The notes below the pieces were generated by a model that had not been told where the DNA came from, did not search any database, and worked only from the letters and a program-made list of their open reading frames with translations. 64,000 nucleotides of DNA from an uncultured Sphaerochaeta sp. (GTDB lineage Bacteria > Spirochaetota > Spirochaetia > Sphaerochaetales > Sphaerochaetaceae): assembly GCA_965140595.1 (NCBI GenBank), contig OZ223274.1, positions 1,806,856 through 1,870,855 of the forward strand, written 5' to 3'. The position numbers were made by a program, and so were the translations under genes. Each line of letters opens with the position of its first letter. The first letter of the stretch is position 1. Shown piece after piece: positions 55,395 to 64,000 of this stretch.

Positions 55395-57407
55395 CTAATA
55401 ACCTGCAGAATTCGAATGAATCCCTGTATTTATCGAACGCAAGAACGCCTCATTATCCTTAGTCTTTCTAATTTTGTCAATGAGGAAAGGCGTCATCTCT
55501 TGATCATCCATATCACTGACTGCATTTCTTGTAAGCCAAATTCTTGCTGCCTCATCACTGGGGATCAAAAGATCTTCCCTTCTTGTTCCGCTTTTCTTGA
55601 TATTAATGGCTGGGAACTGGCGTTTGTCTGCCAATCTCCGATCAAGGATAATCTCATTATTACCTGTTCCCTTGAACTCTTCGAAGATAACCTCATCCAT
55701 GCGTGAGCCGGTTTCTACAAGACCTGTGGCGATAATGGTCAGACTTCCGCCAAACTCGATATTTCGCGCAGCACCAAAAAACCGCTTGGGCTTGTGCAGT
55801 GCATTGGAGTCGACACCACCACTGAGGATCTTGCCACTTGCAGGAACCGTCTGGTTATAGGCGCGAGCTAAACGGGTAATGGAGTCCAAAAGGATGACAA
55901 CATCCTTCTTGTGTTCGACAAGGCGCTTGGCCTTTTCGATTACCATCTCAGCCACCTGTACATGTCGTGAAGCCTGCTCATCAAAGGTGGAGGCAATGAC
56001 CTCGCCCTTGACATGGCGGCGCATATCCGTAACCTCTTCAGGCCTTTCATCCACAAGCAAAACCATCAATACCACATCAGGGTGGTTGGTGCTTATGGAA
56101 TTGGCAATCTTCTGAAGCAGTACAGTCTTACCAGTACGGGGAGGAGCGACGATCAGCGAACGTTGCCCTTTTCCGATCGGACAGAACATATCAATAATTC
56201 TAGTTGCCATATCCTCTTCAGCTGTCTCAAAACGCATCCTCTCATCAGGAAAGAGTGGTGTAAGGCTATCGAAAGGAACTCGCATCTTTGCTTTTATTGG
56301 CTCATCGTCATTGACTTGCAGTATTCGCAAGATGGCAAAGAACCGCTCATTTTCACGGGGGGTACGCACCTGCCCTTTCACCACATCACCGGTCTTCAGG
56401 TAGAGACTCTTGATCTGGGCGGGTGATACATAGATATCTTCTAAGCCAGAGAGATAGCTATTTGCAGGGGAACGCAGAAATCCAAACCCATCAGGAAGAA
56501 TCTCCAAAGTACCCAGCCCTACAATAACACCACCTTGAGCTGAATGAAGCCTGAGAATCTCTGCTATTATCTCCTGCTTGCGAAGGTCCAAGATGTTGTC
56601 AGAGCTCATCCCTTTCTCTACACCGCTCTTTCGTACTTCATCAATAGAGAGGTTGGTATAGTCAATCAGGTTCAGTACTGGTGCTTCTGGATGTTCTTCA
56701 ATATTCAAATCATTTGAGACCTCATCCTGCTGACCTTGCCTCATTGGACGGTTCTGGTTGTAGGACTGCCCTTTTTGGTAACTTCCCTTGCTATGGGGTC
56801 TGTTTTGCTGAGTTCTCCCACCGGTTCGAGAACCATAGGGGCTGTTCTTTCTTGGTTGGCTCTGGTTAGGGTTTCTATTCTGACTTGAATTTTGGTTTTG
56901 ATTCGGGTTCAAGTTCGGGTTTTGATTTTGATTTTGGTTTGGATTCTGATTTGTGTTCTGGTTCTGATTTGTGTATTGGTTTTGGCTTTGATTTTGATTT
57001 TGGTTCTGGTTTTGGTTTTGGTTCAGGCCCTGGTCCTGGGAAGCCGATACTGGCTGGGAAAAGGAAACTGAAGTGACCGGAGCTTGCTTGATTCTGCTCT
57101 TTGGCGCAGGAGGTGTAGGTATTGACGCCTTCTCATTAGGAATCAACTCCAACTGCGAGGTATCTTTCTTAGGAGCAGGTTTCCTCTTGGGTGAAACCTT
57201 AGTTGCTGTGGACCCCTTAGGCCTTCCTCTCTTCTTAGGCTCAGAGGGAACCTCCTCCTGCTTTGTAACAGGGGGTGTGGGTTCGGCTGAACCAGCCACT
57301 ACTGGGCTTTTTTTGCGAGTAATGCGACGTATCACTTTCTTTGCAGGTTCCTGCACAGAAGGACGAGCTACGTCAGCTTGATCATTCAGTATTTCTTCGG
57401 AAGACAT
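55395..57407 (-). CDS. rho: Transcription termination factor Rho with a long N-terminal insertion (AT-hook-like plus N/Q-rich tract)
   Basis: The C-terminus has Rho motifs (P-loop GKT, FGFLR, Q- and R-loops). ATG 57407 follows a GGAG RBS; the TTG ORF starts at 57440. Confidence 0.85.
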   Translation of the reverse strand: MSSEEILNDQADVARPSVQEPAKKVIRRITRKKSPVVAGSAEPTPPVTKQEEVPSEPKKRGRPKGSTATKVSPKRKPAPKKDTSQLELIPNEKASIPTPPAPKSRIKQAPVTSVSFSQPVSASQDQGLNQNQNQNQNQNQSQNQYTNQNQNTNQNPNQNQNQNPNLNPNQNQNSSQNRNPNQSQPRKNSPYGSRTGGRTQQNRPHSKGSYQKGQSYNQNRPMRQGQQDEVSNDLNIEEHPEAPVLNLIDYTNLSIDEVRKSGVEKGMSSDNILDLRKQEIIAEILRLHSAQGGVIVGLGTLEILPDGFGFLRSPANSYLSGLEDIYVSPAQIKSLYLKTGDVVKGQVRTPRENERFFAILRILQVNDDEPIKAKMRVPFDSLTPLFPDERMRFETAEEDMATRIIDMFCPIGKGQRSLIVAPPRTGKTVLLQKIANSISTNHPDVVLMVLLVDERPEEVTDMRRHVKGEVIASTFDEQASRHVQVAEMVIEKAKRLVEHKKDVVILLDSITRLARAYNQTVPASGKILSGGVDSNALHKPKRFFGAARNIEFGGSLTIIATGLVETGSRMDEVIFEEFKGTGNNEIILDRRLADKRQFPAINIKKSGTRREDLLIPSDEAARIWLTRNAVSDMDDQEMTPFLIDKIRKTKDNEAFLRSINTGIHSNSAGY
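56853..57035 (-). repeat. In-frame hexanucleotide repeat tract encoding an (NQ)n low-complexity region within rho
   Basis: GTTTTGATTTTG/GTTCTGGTTTTG-type repeats lie on the plus strand and translate to NQNQNQ... on the minus strand. Confidence 0.8.
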
Positions 57408-57561
57408 AGGATAAACTCCAACGAAACGGGTTTTTGACAAGTACCTGATAGCACGTGCTAAAAGATATAGTCCAGTACCGGTTTCTAAACGTAAAACTTA
57501 ATGTAAGAATGTGCGGAAATGTGAAGGAGTGTGTACCATTAGTATTTCCGCGATTAGTAAC

Positions 57562-58827
57562 TTAAATATATTGCCACTTGCGCACAGTGTCAAGCAAGGC
57601 ATCCCCATTGATGTACTTACTGGCTAGTATTAACGCCGCAACTGAGGCTTTTCGTCGTACAGAGACCCTACCCCAAGATGTAAACTGTAATTTCACAGTT
57701 TGAGTCATTTTCCCTTTTGCAGCAAACCCCAACCATACCATGCCGATTGGCTTCTCTTCACTTCCTCCGGTAGGTCCGGCTATCCCAGTGATGGAAAGGG
57801 CGTAATCAGTGCCTGAGACTTCTAGGATACCCTCAGCCATTTCAGAGGCACATTCACCACTTACCGCACCATAGGCTTGAAGTGTACGTTCCTTTACCCC
57901 TAGCATCTTCATTTTTGCATCGTTGGAATAGGTTGCCGCTCCACCCCAGAACCAAGAGGAACTTCCACTTTCGTCTGTGAGCAGTTTTGCCACATACCCT
58001 GAGGTACAACTCTCTGCACAACTGATGGTCTGACCTTTCGATCGGAGCAAATCTGTCAGCACGGTTGCAGGCATGATATCCCCATCGACTACCAAAGCAG
58101 GTCCTACAAGAGAGCGCAAGCGTTGAACCATCTCTTGCCTTCGTTCTTCAGCCTCGCCCACCAGATAGAGACTGATTTTCAAATCCTGAAAACGAGTCCC
58201 CCATTGTATCCCCTCTGAAGCAACCTGACAGCAGAGTTCTTCAAGTTTTGCTTCTGCCAATAAAAAAGTCGAGAATTCGGTACGGGAGAAGTCATTATGA
58301 CCAATTAGCTGTGCAAGCCAGGGCAGTACCACATCAAAAAACATGGGATCCATCTCACGAGGAGGACCGGGCATCGCAACACAGGCAACAGAACGCTCTC
58401 CTACAGGAATAAATCCCTTAAAGCCTGCGGCAGTCCCAAGAGGATTGGCTATCGATTCAAATCCAGAGGGAAACATTGCTTGTTGTTCATTCGCTCCCCA
58501 AATGCGCTCCCCAATTCTTGCATAGAGCGTGTCAAAAGCACTTTGGTCCCTGACAAGGGGAACTTTGGCAAGCGTGGCAACAATGCTGCGTGTAAGGTCA
58601 TCACTGGTAGGGCCTAACCCTCCGGTAAGGATTACCACATCACAGGAATCGAGGCAGGCCCTGAGGGCACTATCAATGGTCCCGTCATCAGGGACAATCA
58701 CCATACGCTCCACCTGATAGCCAAGTTGGGTTAATTGGCTGGAGATAACCTGACAATGCTTGTCAGCTATCACCCCTCGGGTAAGTTCCGTACCAATGAC
58801 GAAAAGAGATGCTGTTTTGTAGAGCAT
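57562..58827 (-). CDS. cinA: Competence/damage-inducible protein CinA (MoeA-like N-domain plus a CinA C-domain)
   Basis: It has the N-terminus FVIGTELTRG and is 421 aa. Confidence 0.8.
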   Translation of the reverse strand: MLYKTASLFVIGTELTRGVIADKHCQVISSQLTQLGYQVERMVIVPDDGTIDSALRACLDSCDVVILTGGLGPTSDDLTRSIVATLAKVPLVRDQSAFDTLYARIGERIWGANEQQAMFPSGFESIANPLGTAAGFKGFIPVGERSVACVAMPGPPREMDPMFFDVVLPWLAQLIGHNDFSRTEFSTFLLAEAKLEELCCQVASEGIQWGTRFQDLKISLYLVGEAEERRQEMVQRLRSLVGPALVVDGDIMPATVLTDLLRSKGQTISCAESCTSGYVAKLLTDESGSSSWFWGGAATYSNDAKMKMLGVKERTLQAYGAVSGECASEMAEGILEVSGTDYALSITGIAGPTGGSEEKPIGMVWLGFAAKGKMTQTVKLQFTSWGRVSVRRKASVAALILASKYINGDALLDTVRKWQYI

Positions 58828-58829
58828 GT

Positions 58830-60509
58830 TTAGACCTTCTTCCTTAATCGAACAAATGTCAGCAAACCCCTGAGGACTCCAAAGGCAAGCAGGATCAGAG
58901 AGAGAGAGATGGAGGCAAAGGCAAACCAGTCATCATACTTGGTATAGAATGTCTGTCCATGGCTTTCACTCGTATAGACCGGAACATCATAGATATGCCA
59001 TCCTGTCTTGAAGGGTTCCATGGGATCAATGATCTTACCAGTGACATCTATGAGGCAGGTCATACCGCTGTTGGTTCCACGCACAGTAGTCCTACGATTC
59101 TCGACAGAACGGAAGACAGCCATACCAAGATGTTGCATCTCCGCAGAGATGGCTTTTGACCACCCGTCGTTGGTCATATTCACGATAACCTGAGCCCCAT
59201 TACGTACAAACCTGGCATTGAGTGCTCCAAAAACATCTTCAAAACAGATTGGGGTGGAAAACTTGACCCCCTCATCTGTTTCAAATACGACACTATCATA
59301 CCCGGTTTCCCACCAGTTATAGTCATTTGCCAAGAGAAGGTTATATAGCCAAGGCAACTCTTTCTCATAGGGGAAGTGCTCAGTAAAAGGAACCAAGTGT
59401 TGCTTCCTATAGGAATTCTTGACCCTGCCCCCTTCGAAGAAGGTTACCGTATTGTAATCCTTACGGTTCCACGACCCGTCTTGCAGCAAGGCGGGCATAG
59501 AGGGATCGTCAAGGACGCCTTCAGGGTTTCCGCTCAACAGTGGGATAGGCAGTGATTTTCCAAAGCTGACAAACTCCTCCACTAGGGCGGAGGTCGCCTC
59601 ATCAGAGGGATATTTCTCATGCCATGCTACAGAAGGAACAAAGGCAGTCTCTGACCAGAGGATCATATCAGGTTCTGCAACAAGCGCTTCAAGGCTTAGT
59701 TTCCTGAGATTGTTGAAGTTTCTCTTGTAGGTGGCATAGCCACCTTTCCAGGTATCTGCATTATGCTGGATGGTTGCGACTTTCCAGCTTGTATCTGGCT
59801 CCTGAGCATTCCAGTACTGGATGCTTACAAAACCAAAAATAAGCGAGGCAATGACTACAACACCATATGCGATAACTGGAAGCAGATGGGATCTGAGAGT
59901 TGCAATAAGATTATCACCATCTGAGCGCAAGCGGTCACAAAGCCAAGCGCCAAGGAAGGTCTGTGGGATCACCATAAGAAAGGTAATACCCCATACGCCT
60001 ACCAGTGAAGCAATCTGAATGAGAGGCAGGTACTCGTAGACGGCATACCCCAAGGTCCCGTAAGGATAACCGGCAAACCAATTCTGACTCACATACGTAT
60101 AGGCTACCCATATGACAGCCTGAACCAGATAGCCATACTTCTTAAACAGTCGCTCACCCGCCTTCAATAAAGGAAAGAGAAGGACCATTTCCCCACCCTT
60201 GATAATCGGTACGATTAGGATTGCCAGGGGATGGAAGGTCTTCAACCAGTAGTTGAAAAACAGATAGAAAACAAACCCAAAGAAAAACCCATAGACAGGG
60301 ACCAGTTTCCAGGTTGTGTTTCTGATAACAGCAAATAGTGGAATCAACGCAAAAAAAGCAATGAATCCAAATCCGTGATTTGTGATGAAGCCGGGAAAAG
60401 CCATCGAATAGACGAAAGCTGTAACCACCAATATAAAAACCTCAGAACAGACTGTTCTGAGGCTCCGTCTCTTTATCAAGCTATGCAAAAGAGTCTCTCC
60501 TACATTCAA
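58830..60509 (-). CDS. lnt: Apolipoprotein N-acyltransferase
   Basis: It has about 6-7 N-terminal TM helices followed by a CN-hydrolase domain and is 559 aa. Confidence 0.75.
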   Translation of the reverse strand: MNVGETLLHSLIKRRSLRTVCSEVFILVVTAFVYSMAFPGFITNHGFGFIAFFALIPLFAVIRNTTWKLVPVYGFFFGFVFYLFFNYWLKTFHPLAILIVPIIKGGEMVLLFPLLKAGERLFKKYGYLVQAVIWVAYTYVSQNWFAGYPYGTLGYAVYEYLPLIQIASLVGVWGITFLMVIPQTFLGAWLCDRLRSDGDNLIATLRSHLLPVIAYGVVVIASLIFGFVSIQYWNAQEPDTSWKVATIQHNADTWKGGYATYKRNFNNLRKLSLEALVAEPDMILWSETAFVPSVAWHEKYPSDEATSALVEEFVSFGKSLPIPLLSGNPEGVLDDPSMPALLQDGSWNRKDYNTVTFFEGGRVKNSYRKQHLVPFTEHFPYEKELPWLYNLLLANDYNWWETGYDSVVFETDEGVKFSTPICFEDVFGALNARFVRNGAQVIVNMTNDGWSKAISAEMQHLGMAVFRSVENRRTTVRGTNSGMTCLIDVTGKIIDPMEPFKTGWHIYDVPVYTSESHGQTFYTKYDDWFAFASISLSLILLAFGVLRGLLTFVRLRKKV

Positions 60510-60522
60510 CCGCTAAGGTCAA

Positions 60523-60843
60523 TCAGTCAATGACAGCTTTATTCTCGCGCAGATTCCAGACATAATCCTTGAGTTCTTTCCCAGGACGGAAAATAGCGAC
60601 CCCGTGAGTCTCTACTGCTACGATAGCTCCAGTCTTGGGGTTACGAGCCCTCTCCCTACCCTTGCGAGTACGGACCTCAAAGGTGCCAAAACCACGCAAC
60701 TCGATGACCTGGTCGTTCTTAAGCCCAGCTTTCACCTCTTCAAAAAATGCGTCGATTATCATATGGATGTCTGACCGATTCAGTCCATGTTTTTCATGAA
60801 GACTTTCAATAATGGCCGCTTTTGTCAATTTTGGTTCTGCCAT
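60523..60843 (-). CDS. HU/IHF-family DNA-binding protein
   Basis: The start is at ATG 60843 after an AAGGAG RBS. It has the motif RGFGTFEVRTRKGRERARNPKTG. Confidence 0.8.
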   Translation of the reverse strand: MAEPKLTKAAIIESLHEKHGLNRSDIHMIIDAFFEEVKAGLKNDQVIELRGFGTFEVRTRKGRERARNPKTGAIVAVETHGVAIFRPGKELKDYVWNLRENKAVID

Positions 60844-60925
60844 GGTAACTCCTTCAACAATTCTATTTCTCATGCGTAGGCCGGCATATCAAACACACCG
60901 GCAGAAAATACTCAGAACTATATTG

Positions 60926-61207
60926 TTATGCCTGAACAGCAGCCTGAGCACTCATCTTATTGAATCGGGCATACAGTCTTGACTTCTTTCTATCAGCAGT
61001 GCGGGAATGTATGACGCCTTTACTTGCTGTTGAATCAAGCAACTTGAGGCTAAGTGCGAGGGCAGCAGAAGCACTATCAACATCCCCAGCTACCAAAGCA
61101 GCATCAAATTTCTTTATGGCTGTGCGCATAGTACTCTTTGCAGCACGGTTCCTCATTCTGCGAACGACGTTTTGTCGCTCTCTTTTTTCAGCAGACTTGT
61201 TAATCAC
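60926..61207 (-). CDS. rpsT: 30S ribosomal protein S20
   Basis: It has a GTG start after a GGAGG RBS, with the sequence KSAEKRERQ..., and is 93 aa. Confidence 0.85.
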   Translation of the reverse strand: MINKSAEKRERQNVVRRMRNRAAKSTMRTAIKKFDAALVAGDVDSASAALALSLKLLDSTASKGVIHSRTADRKKSRLYARFNKMSAQAAVQA

Positions 61208-61330
61208 GTAATACCTCCAAACATATCACTTAGAATACGTATTTCTTGTATAAATATAGAATCGGCAACGAGGGCCGACGATTAAACAAAATATCACACT
61301 CTCTAAAATCGGTCAATACAATGCTTTATA

Positions 61331-62428
61331 TCAGTTCGACAAATATTCGGATGAATACTCCTTGGTAATCTCCCAACGATTGGCTCCTTCATTGAAAATA
61401 ACAGCTGAATGGGGGATGCTGAGCATTCTTCCTTCTGGTCCCAATAGTGTAATTTTTTTTCTGAGAATGTTTATTTCAGTAATTTTCATCAATTCAAACC
61501 CAACTTTGAGCTTACTTCCTTCTGATGGGTACTTACGTTTCTCCTCCACATAGAAATCAAACTCATAGGAAAGGCAGCAGAGCAAACGTCCGCATGGACC
61601 CGAAATCTTCATGGAATTGAGCGAAAGATTCTGTTCTTTTGCCATCTTGATGGAAACGGGGTCAAGCTTGTCCGTCACACTATGGCAACAATAATCACGT
61701 CCACATACGGCAAGACCTCCAAGAACGCGACTCTCATCACGAACCCCAATCTGTCTCAACTCTATGCGAATCCTGAATACCGACACCAAATCTTTGACCA
61801 ATTCCCTGAAATCCACCCGGACATCAGCGGTGAAGAAAAAGATAATCTTAGGCTCCCCAAGCAAGAAATGGGCTGTCACCAGTTTCATTTCCAGCTTGTG
61901 CATGGCAATCTTTTCCCTACAAATCCTCATCGCTTCATCTTCCTTGGCAGATAGTTCCTGGTAGCGGGACATATCAGAAGGGGTGGCCAGACGATCGATC
62001 CACTGGGTATCCCCAGAAAGCTTAACCATCTCGAGAGGAGTTTGCCCAAAACATCCATCATTGGAAATTTCATCAGGTTCGCTTTCATAGGGAATATCTT
62101 TGCCAGAGGCTAGCTCTTCACCGTTCTCTGGTCCTGCCTGGACAGCTTCCTCTTCATCGATGGGTTCACAGTGGAGGCATGCCCCACGACACTGGTCACT
62201 ACCCTTCTGGTACTCTCTGCCCAAGGTATGGGCACTAGCCACTACAACGCCCATATCAAGTCCGTAACGAGTAGGAGAAACGACAGAGGTTCCCGGGTAG
62301 AGAACCGAATCCCATGCACAGATGGTGGTCTCATTGGAGGAAGTGTTTTTTACCAAATATATATAAGCGCTGGAGGGCTTGTTTTTCACGGGAGCCTTCT
62401 CAACACTGCGTACACGATCTTTTTTCAT
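61331..62428 (-). CDS. PSP1 C-terminal domain protein (YaaT/RicT family)
   Basis: It has the PSP1 motifs GGLAVCGRDYCC and GPCGRLLCC. ATG 62428 follows an AAGGA RBS; the TTG ORF starts at 62500. Confidence 0.65.
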   Translation of the reverse strand: MKKDRVRSVEKAPVKNKPSSAYIYLVKNTSSNETTICAWDSVLYPGTSVVSPTRYGLDMGVVVASAHTLGREYQKGSDQCRGACLHCEPIDEEEAVQAGPENGEELASGKDIPYESEPDEISNDGCFGQTPLEMVKLSGDTQWIDRLATPSDMSRYQELSAKEDEAMRICREKIAMHKLEMKLVTAHFLLGEPKIIFFFTADVRVDFRELVKDLVSVFRIRIELRQIGVRDESRVLGGLAVCGRDYCCHSVTDKLDPVSIKMAKEQNLSLNSMKISGPCGRLLCCLSYEFDFYVEEKRKYPSEGSKLKVGFELMKITEINILRKKITLLGPEGRMLSIPHSAVIFNEGANRWEITKEYSSEYLSN

Positions 62429-62626
62429 GCTAATCCTTTGCCACAAGGGCGGAGCATACTCGCTAAAACTTACGCTATCACGAGTAAGAATAATTGTCAA
62501 ACTCTATGTATCCTTTATATAAGTATTTTCTGCTCTATGAATTACGTATATTGACGATTACCTTTGCTCATGGTATATTTTAGACACTCTCCCGAACAAG
62601 CGAGAATTCAAACTCAAGGGGCATGT

Positions 62627-63409
62627 ATGCAATTTTTCGATACGCACGCACATATAGGGTTGCTCCAAGATGATAGAATGGAACAACTGCTGGCAGTCCA
62701 ACTTGCTAAAGTCAAGATGGTCAAACATATTGTGAGCATTTGCAACAGTCTTTCTGACTTTGAGAAAACCTATGCGAACCTTGAGAGTGCAGACGATGTA
62801 TACCATGCTGTAGGGGTATCACCTACTGAGGTGGCTAATCCAGGTAGGGATTGGGAAGAGAGAATTTTACACCATGCAAAAAAAGATCGGATCGTGGCCA
62901 TTGGTGAGACAGGTCTAGATTACTACCATATGTTCGGTGGTGACAAAAGTGCTCAGGTCGAATTGTTTCTCAGGCATCTGGACATTGCCAAGCAACTTGA
63001 CCTGCCTATCATTATCCACAACAGGAACGCTGGCGAAGATATCCTGAACATCCTTGAGCAAAAACTCCCCCCAAAGGGAGGGATTCTCCACTGCTTCGGT
63101 GAGGACTGGGCCTTTGCCAAGAAAGCTCTTTCACTCAACCTCATGTTCTCCTTTGCCGGAAACCTTACCTTCAAGAACAGCAGATCGATCCAAGAGGTTG
63201 CACACAATCTCCCTCTGGACAGAATTGTCATAGAAAGTGAAGCTCCATTCATGACTCCCTACCCTTACAAGGGTGAACGAAACAAGATACCCTACATCAT
63301 CGAAACAGCAAAAGCTCTCAGTGAAATTAGGGAAACCTATCTTGAAGAGCTCAGTGAAAGTCTTTATGCTAACAGCCTAAGGGCATTCTCCCTTCCAAAG
63401 GACGTATGA
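62627..63409 (+). CDS. tatD: TatD-family metal-dependent hydrolase (DNase)
   Basis: It has FDTHAHI at the N-terminus, with the start at ATG 62627. Confidence 0.8.
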   Translation: MQFFDTHAHIGLLQDDRMEQLLAVQLAKVKMVKHIVSICNSLSDFEKTYANLESADDVYHAVGVSPTEVANPGRDWEERILHHAKKDRIVAIGETGLDYYHMFGGDKSAQVELFLRHLDIAKQLDLPIIIHNRNAGEDILNILEQKLPPKGGILHCFGEDWAFAKKALSLNLMFSFAGNLTFKNSRSIQEVAHNLPLDRIVIESEAPFMTPYPYKGERNKIPYIIETAKALSEIRETYLEELSESLYANSLRAFSLPKDV

Positions 63410-64000
63410 ACGAACAGAACCTATATCATCCGGTAAAGATAGGAAACACCCTTCTCAGAGGGAATCTTTTTCTCGCGCCACTGGCGGGCTATACTGATGT
63501 ACCCTTCCGTTCGCTATGCCTTGAGTTGGGATCAGATATGACCTTCACCGAAATGGTAAGCACAGAAGGTCTCTTTCGTGGAGGAGACAAAACCCTTGCC
63601 CTACTCCAGAAGGCTCCTAACGAGAAAGAATATGCTGTGCAGCTTTTCATGGGCACAACAGATTCCCTTCCAGGCGCCCTAGAACAACTCCAATCGTTTA
63701 ACCCTACATTCATAGACATTAACTGTGGATGCCCTGTCCCTAAGGTCACCAAGACCGGTGCAGGGTCAGCAATGATGAAAAATCCTCCACGTATCACAGA
63801 AATTGTAAAGATGATTACCAAAACCCTTCCTACTCCTGTTTCAGTAAAGTTCCGTACAGGGTGGGATGCCAATAGTCAGAACTACCTGGAGTTTGCCCAG
63901 GCAGCCTTGGATGGAGGAGCCTCAATGCTCACTCTGCATGCAAGGACCAGAGCCCAGGGTTATGCACCTTTTGCCGACTGGACAAAACTGAAGGCATTGA
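63406..64000 (+). CDS. dus: tRNA-dihydrouridine synthase, 3' end beyond the window
   Basis: The ATG at 63406 overlaps the tatD stop (ATGA). It has the motif LAPLAGYTDVPFR and an FMN-binding TIM pattern. Confidence 0.75.
   Translation, partial: MNEQNLYHPVKIGNTLLRGNLFLAPLAGYTDVPFRSLCLELGSDMTFTEMVSTEGLFRGGDKTLALLQKAPNEKEYAVQLFMGTTDSLPGALEQLQSFNPTFIDINCGCPVPKVTKTGAGSAMMKNPPRITEIVKMITKTLPTPVSVKFRTGWDANSQNYLEFAQAALDGGASMLTLHARTRAQGYAPFADWTKLKAL

Noticed and set aside
56853-57035. The repeat array as a possible CRISPR or minisatellite.
   Set aside because: The units are 6 bp and in-frame within the rho CDS, with no spacers.
56885-57381. Plus-strand ORFs translating to FGFDSGS... and GAGG... inside rho.
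   Set aside because: They are an antisense artefact of the hexanucleotide (NQ) repeat and the low-complexity region.
1-64000. Mobile elements, prophage, CRISPR, tRNA or rRNA genes.
   Set aside because: No transposase, integrase or phage-structural signatures, repeat-spacer arrays or obvious tRNA-like cloverleafs were recognised in the intergenic regions I inspected. Covariance-model scanning is needed to fully exclude tRNA and ncRNA.

Overview
This is a 64 kb chromosomal segment at about 48% GC, with dense coding on both strands. No transposase, integrase or CRISPR was seen, and no rRNA or tRNA was recognised by eye. The gene content looks like an anaerobic diderm bacterium, possibly spirochaete-like: Lnt, Lol-like modules, pyruvate kinase, tungsten aldehyde:ferredoxin oxidoreductase and NifSU. 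About 65 genes are called.

The most unusual region is 1..10542:
- A peptide ABC importer remnant (OppF fragment plus a family-5 substrate-binding protein), then creatininase-family, M42 peptidase, a PLP-fold enzyme and an ATP-grasp ligase on the plus strand.
- Convergent with these, a minus-strand operon: lysine 2,3-aminomutase (KamA, with the CxxxCxxC motif seen), two D-Ala-D-Ala-ligase-like ATP-grasp ligases and two small GNAT acetyltransferases.
- I read this as a candidate, undescribed pathway for an N-acetylated beta-lysine di- or oligopeptide. The analogies are AblAB (N-epsilon-acetyl-beta-lysine) and Ngg, the GNAT plus ATP-grasp enzyme that makes N-acetylglutaminylglutamine amide.

Two separate envelope-export modules also stand out, each ending in a LolA-like periplasmic protein followed by a predicted outer-membrane barrel:
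- An MMPL/RND-type exporter operon at 18132..22674.
- A nine-gene GntR-controlled operon at 31033..38876: SPFH protein, LolD-like ATPase, two FtsX permeases, LolA-like protein, outer-membrane barrel, and a duplicated FtsX permease.
- Lnt is encoded at 58830..60509.

Other notable genes:
- A zur-znuBCA locus with overlapping genes and a perfect TTTGCA-A8-TGCAAA palindrome in the znuA promoter.
- ZupT.
- ktrAB.
- A 7TMR-DISM GGDEF cyclase.
- A membrane-anchored LuxR regulator.
- An RluA-family pseudouridine synthase with an unrecognised N-terminal domain.
- An NYN-LOTUS protein.
- A Rho factor whose N-terminal insertion carries an AT-hook-like RGRPKG and a 60-residue (NQ)n prion-like tract, encoded by in-frame hexanucleotide repeats.

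Start codons were refined from RBS context where possible. Coordinates derived by reading the sequence by eye may be off by 1 nt.
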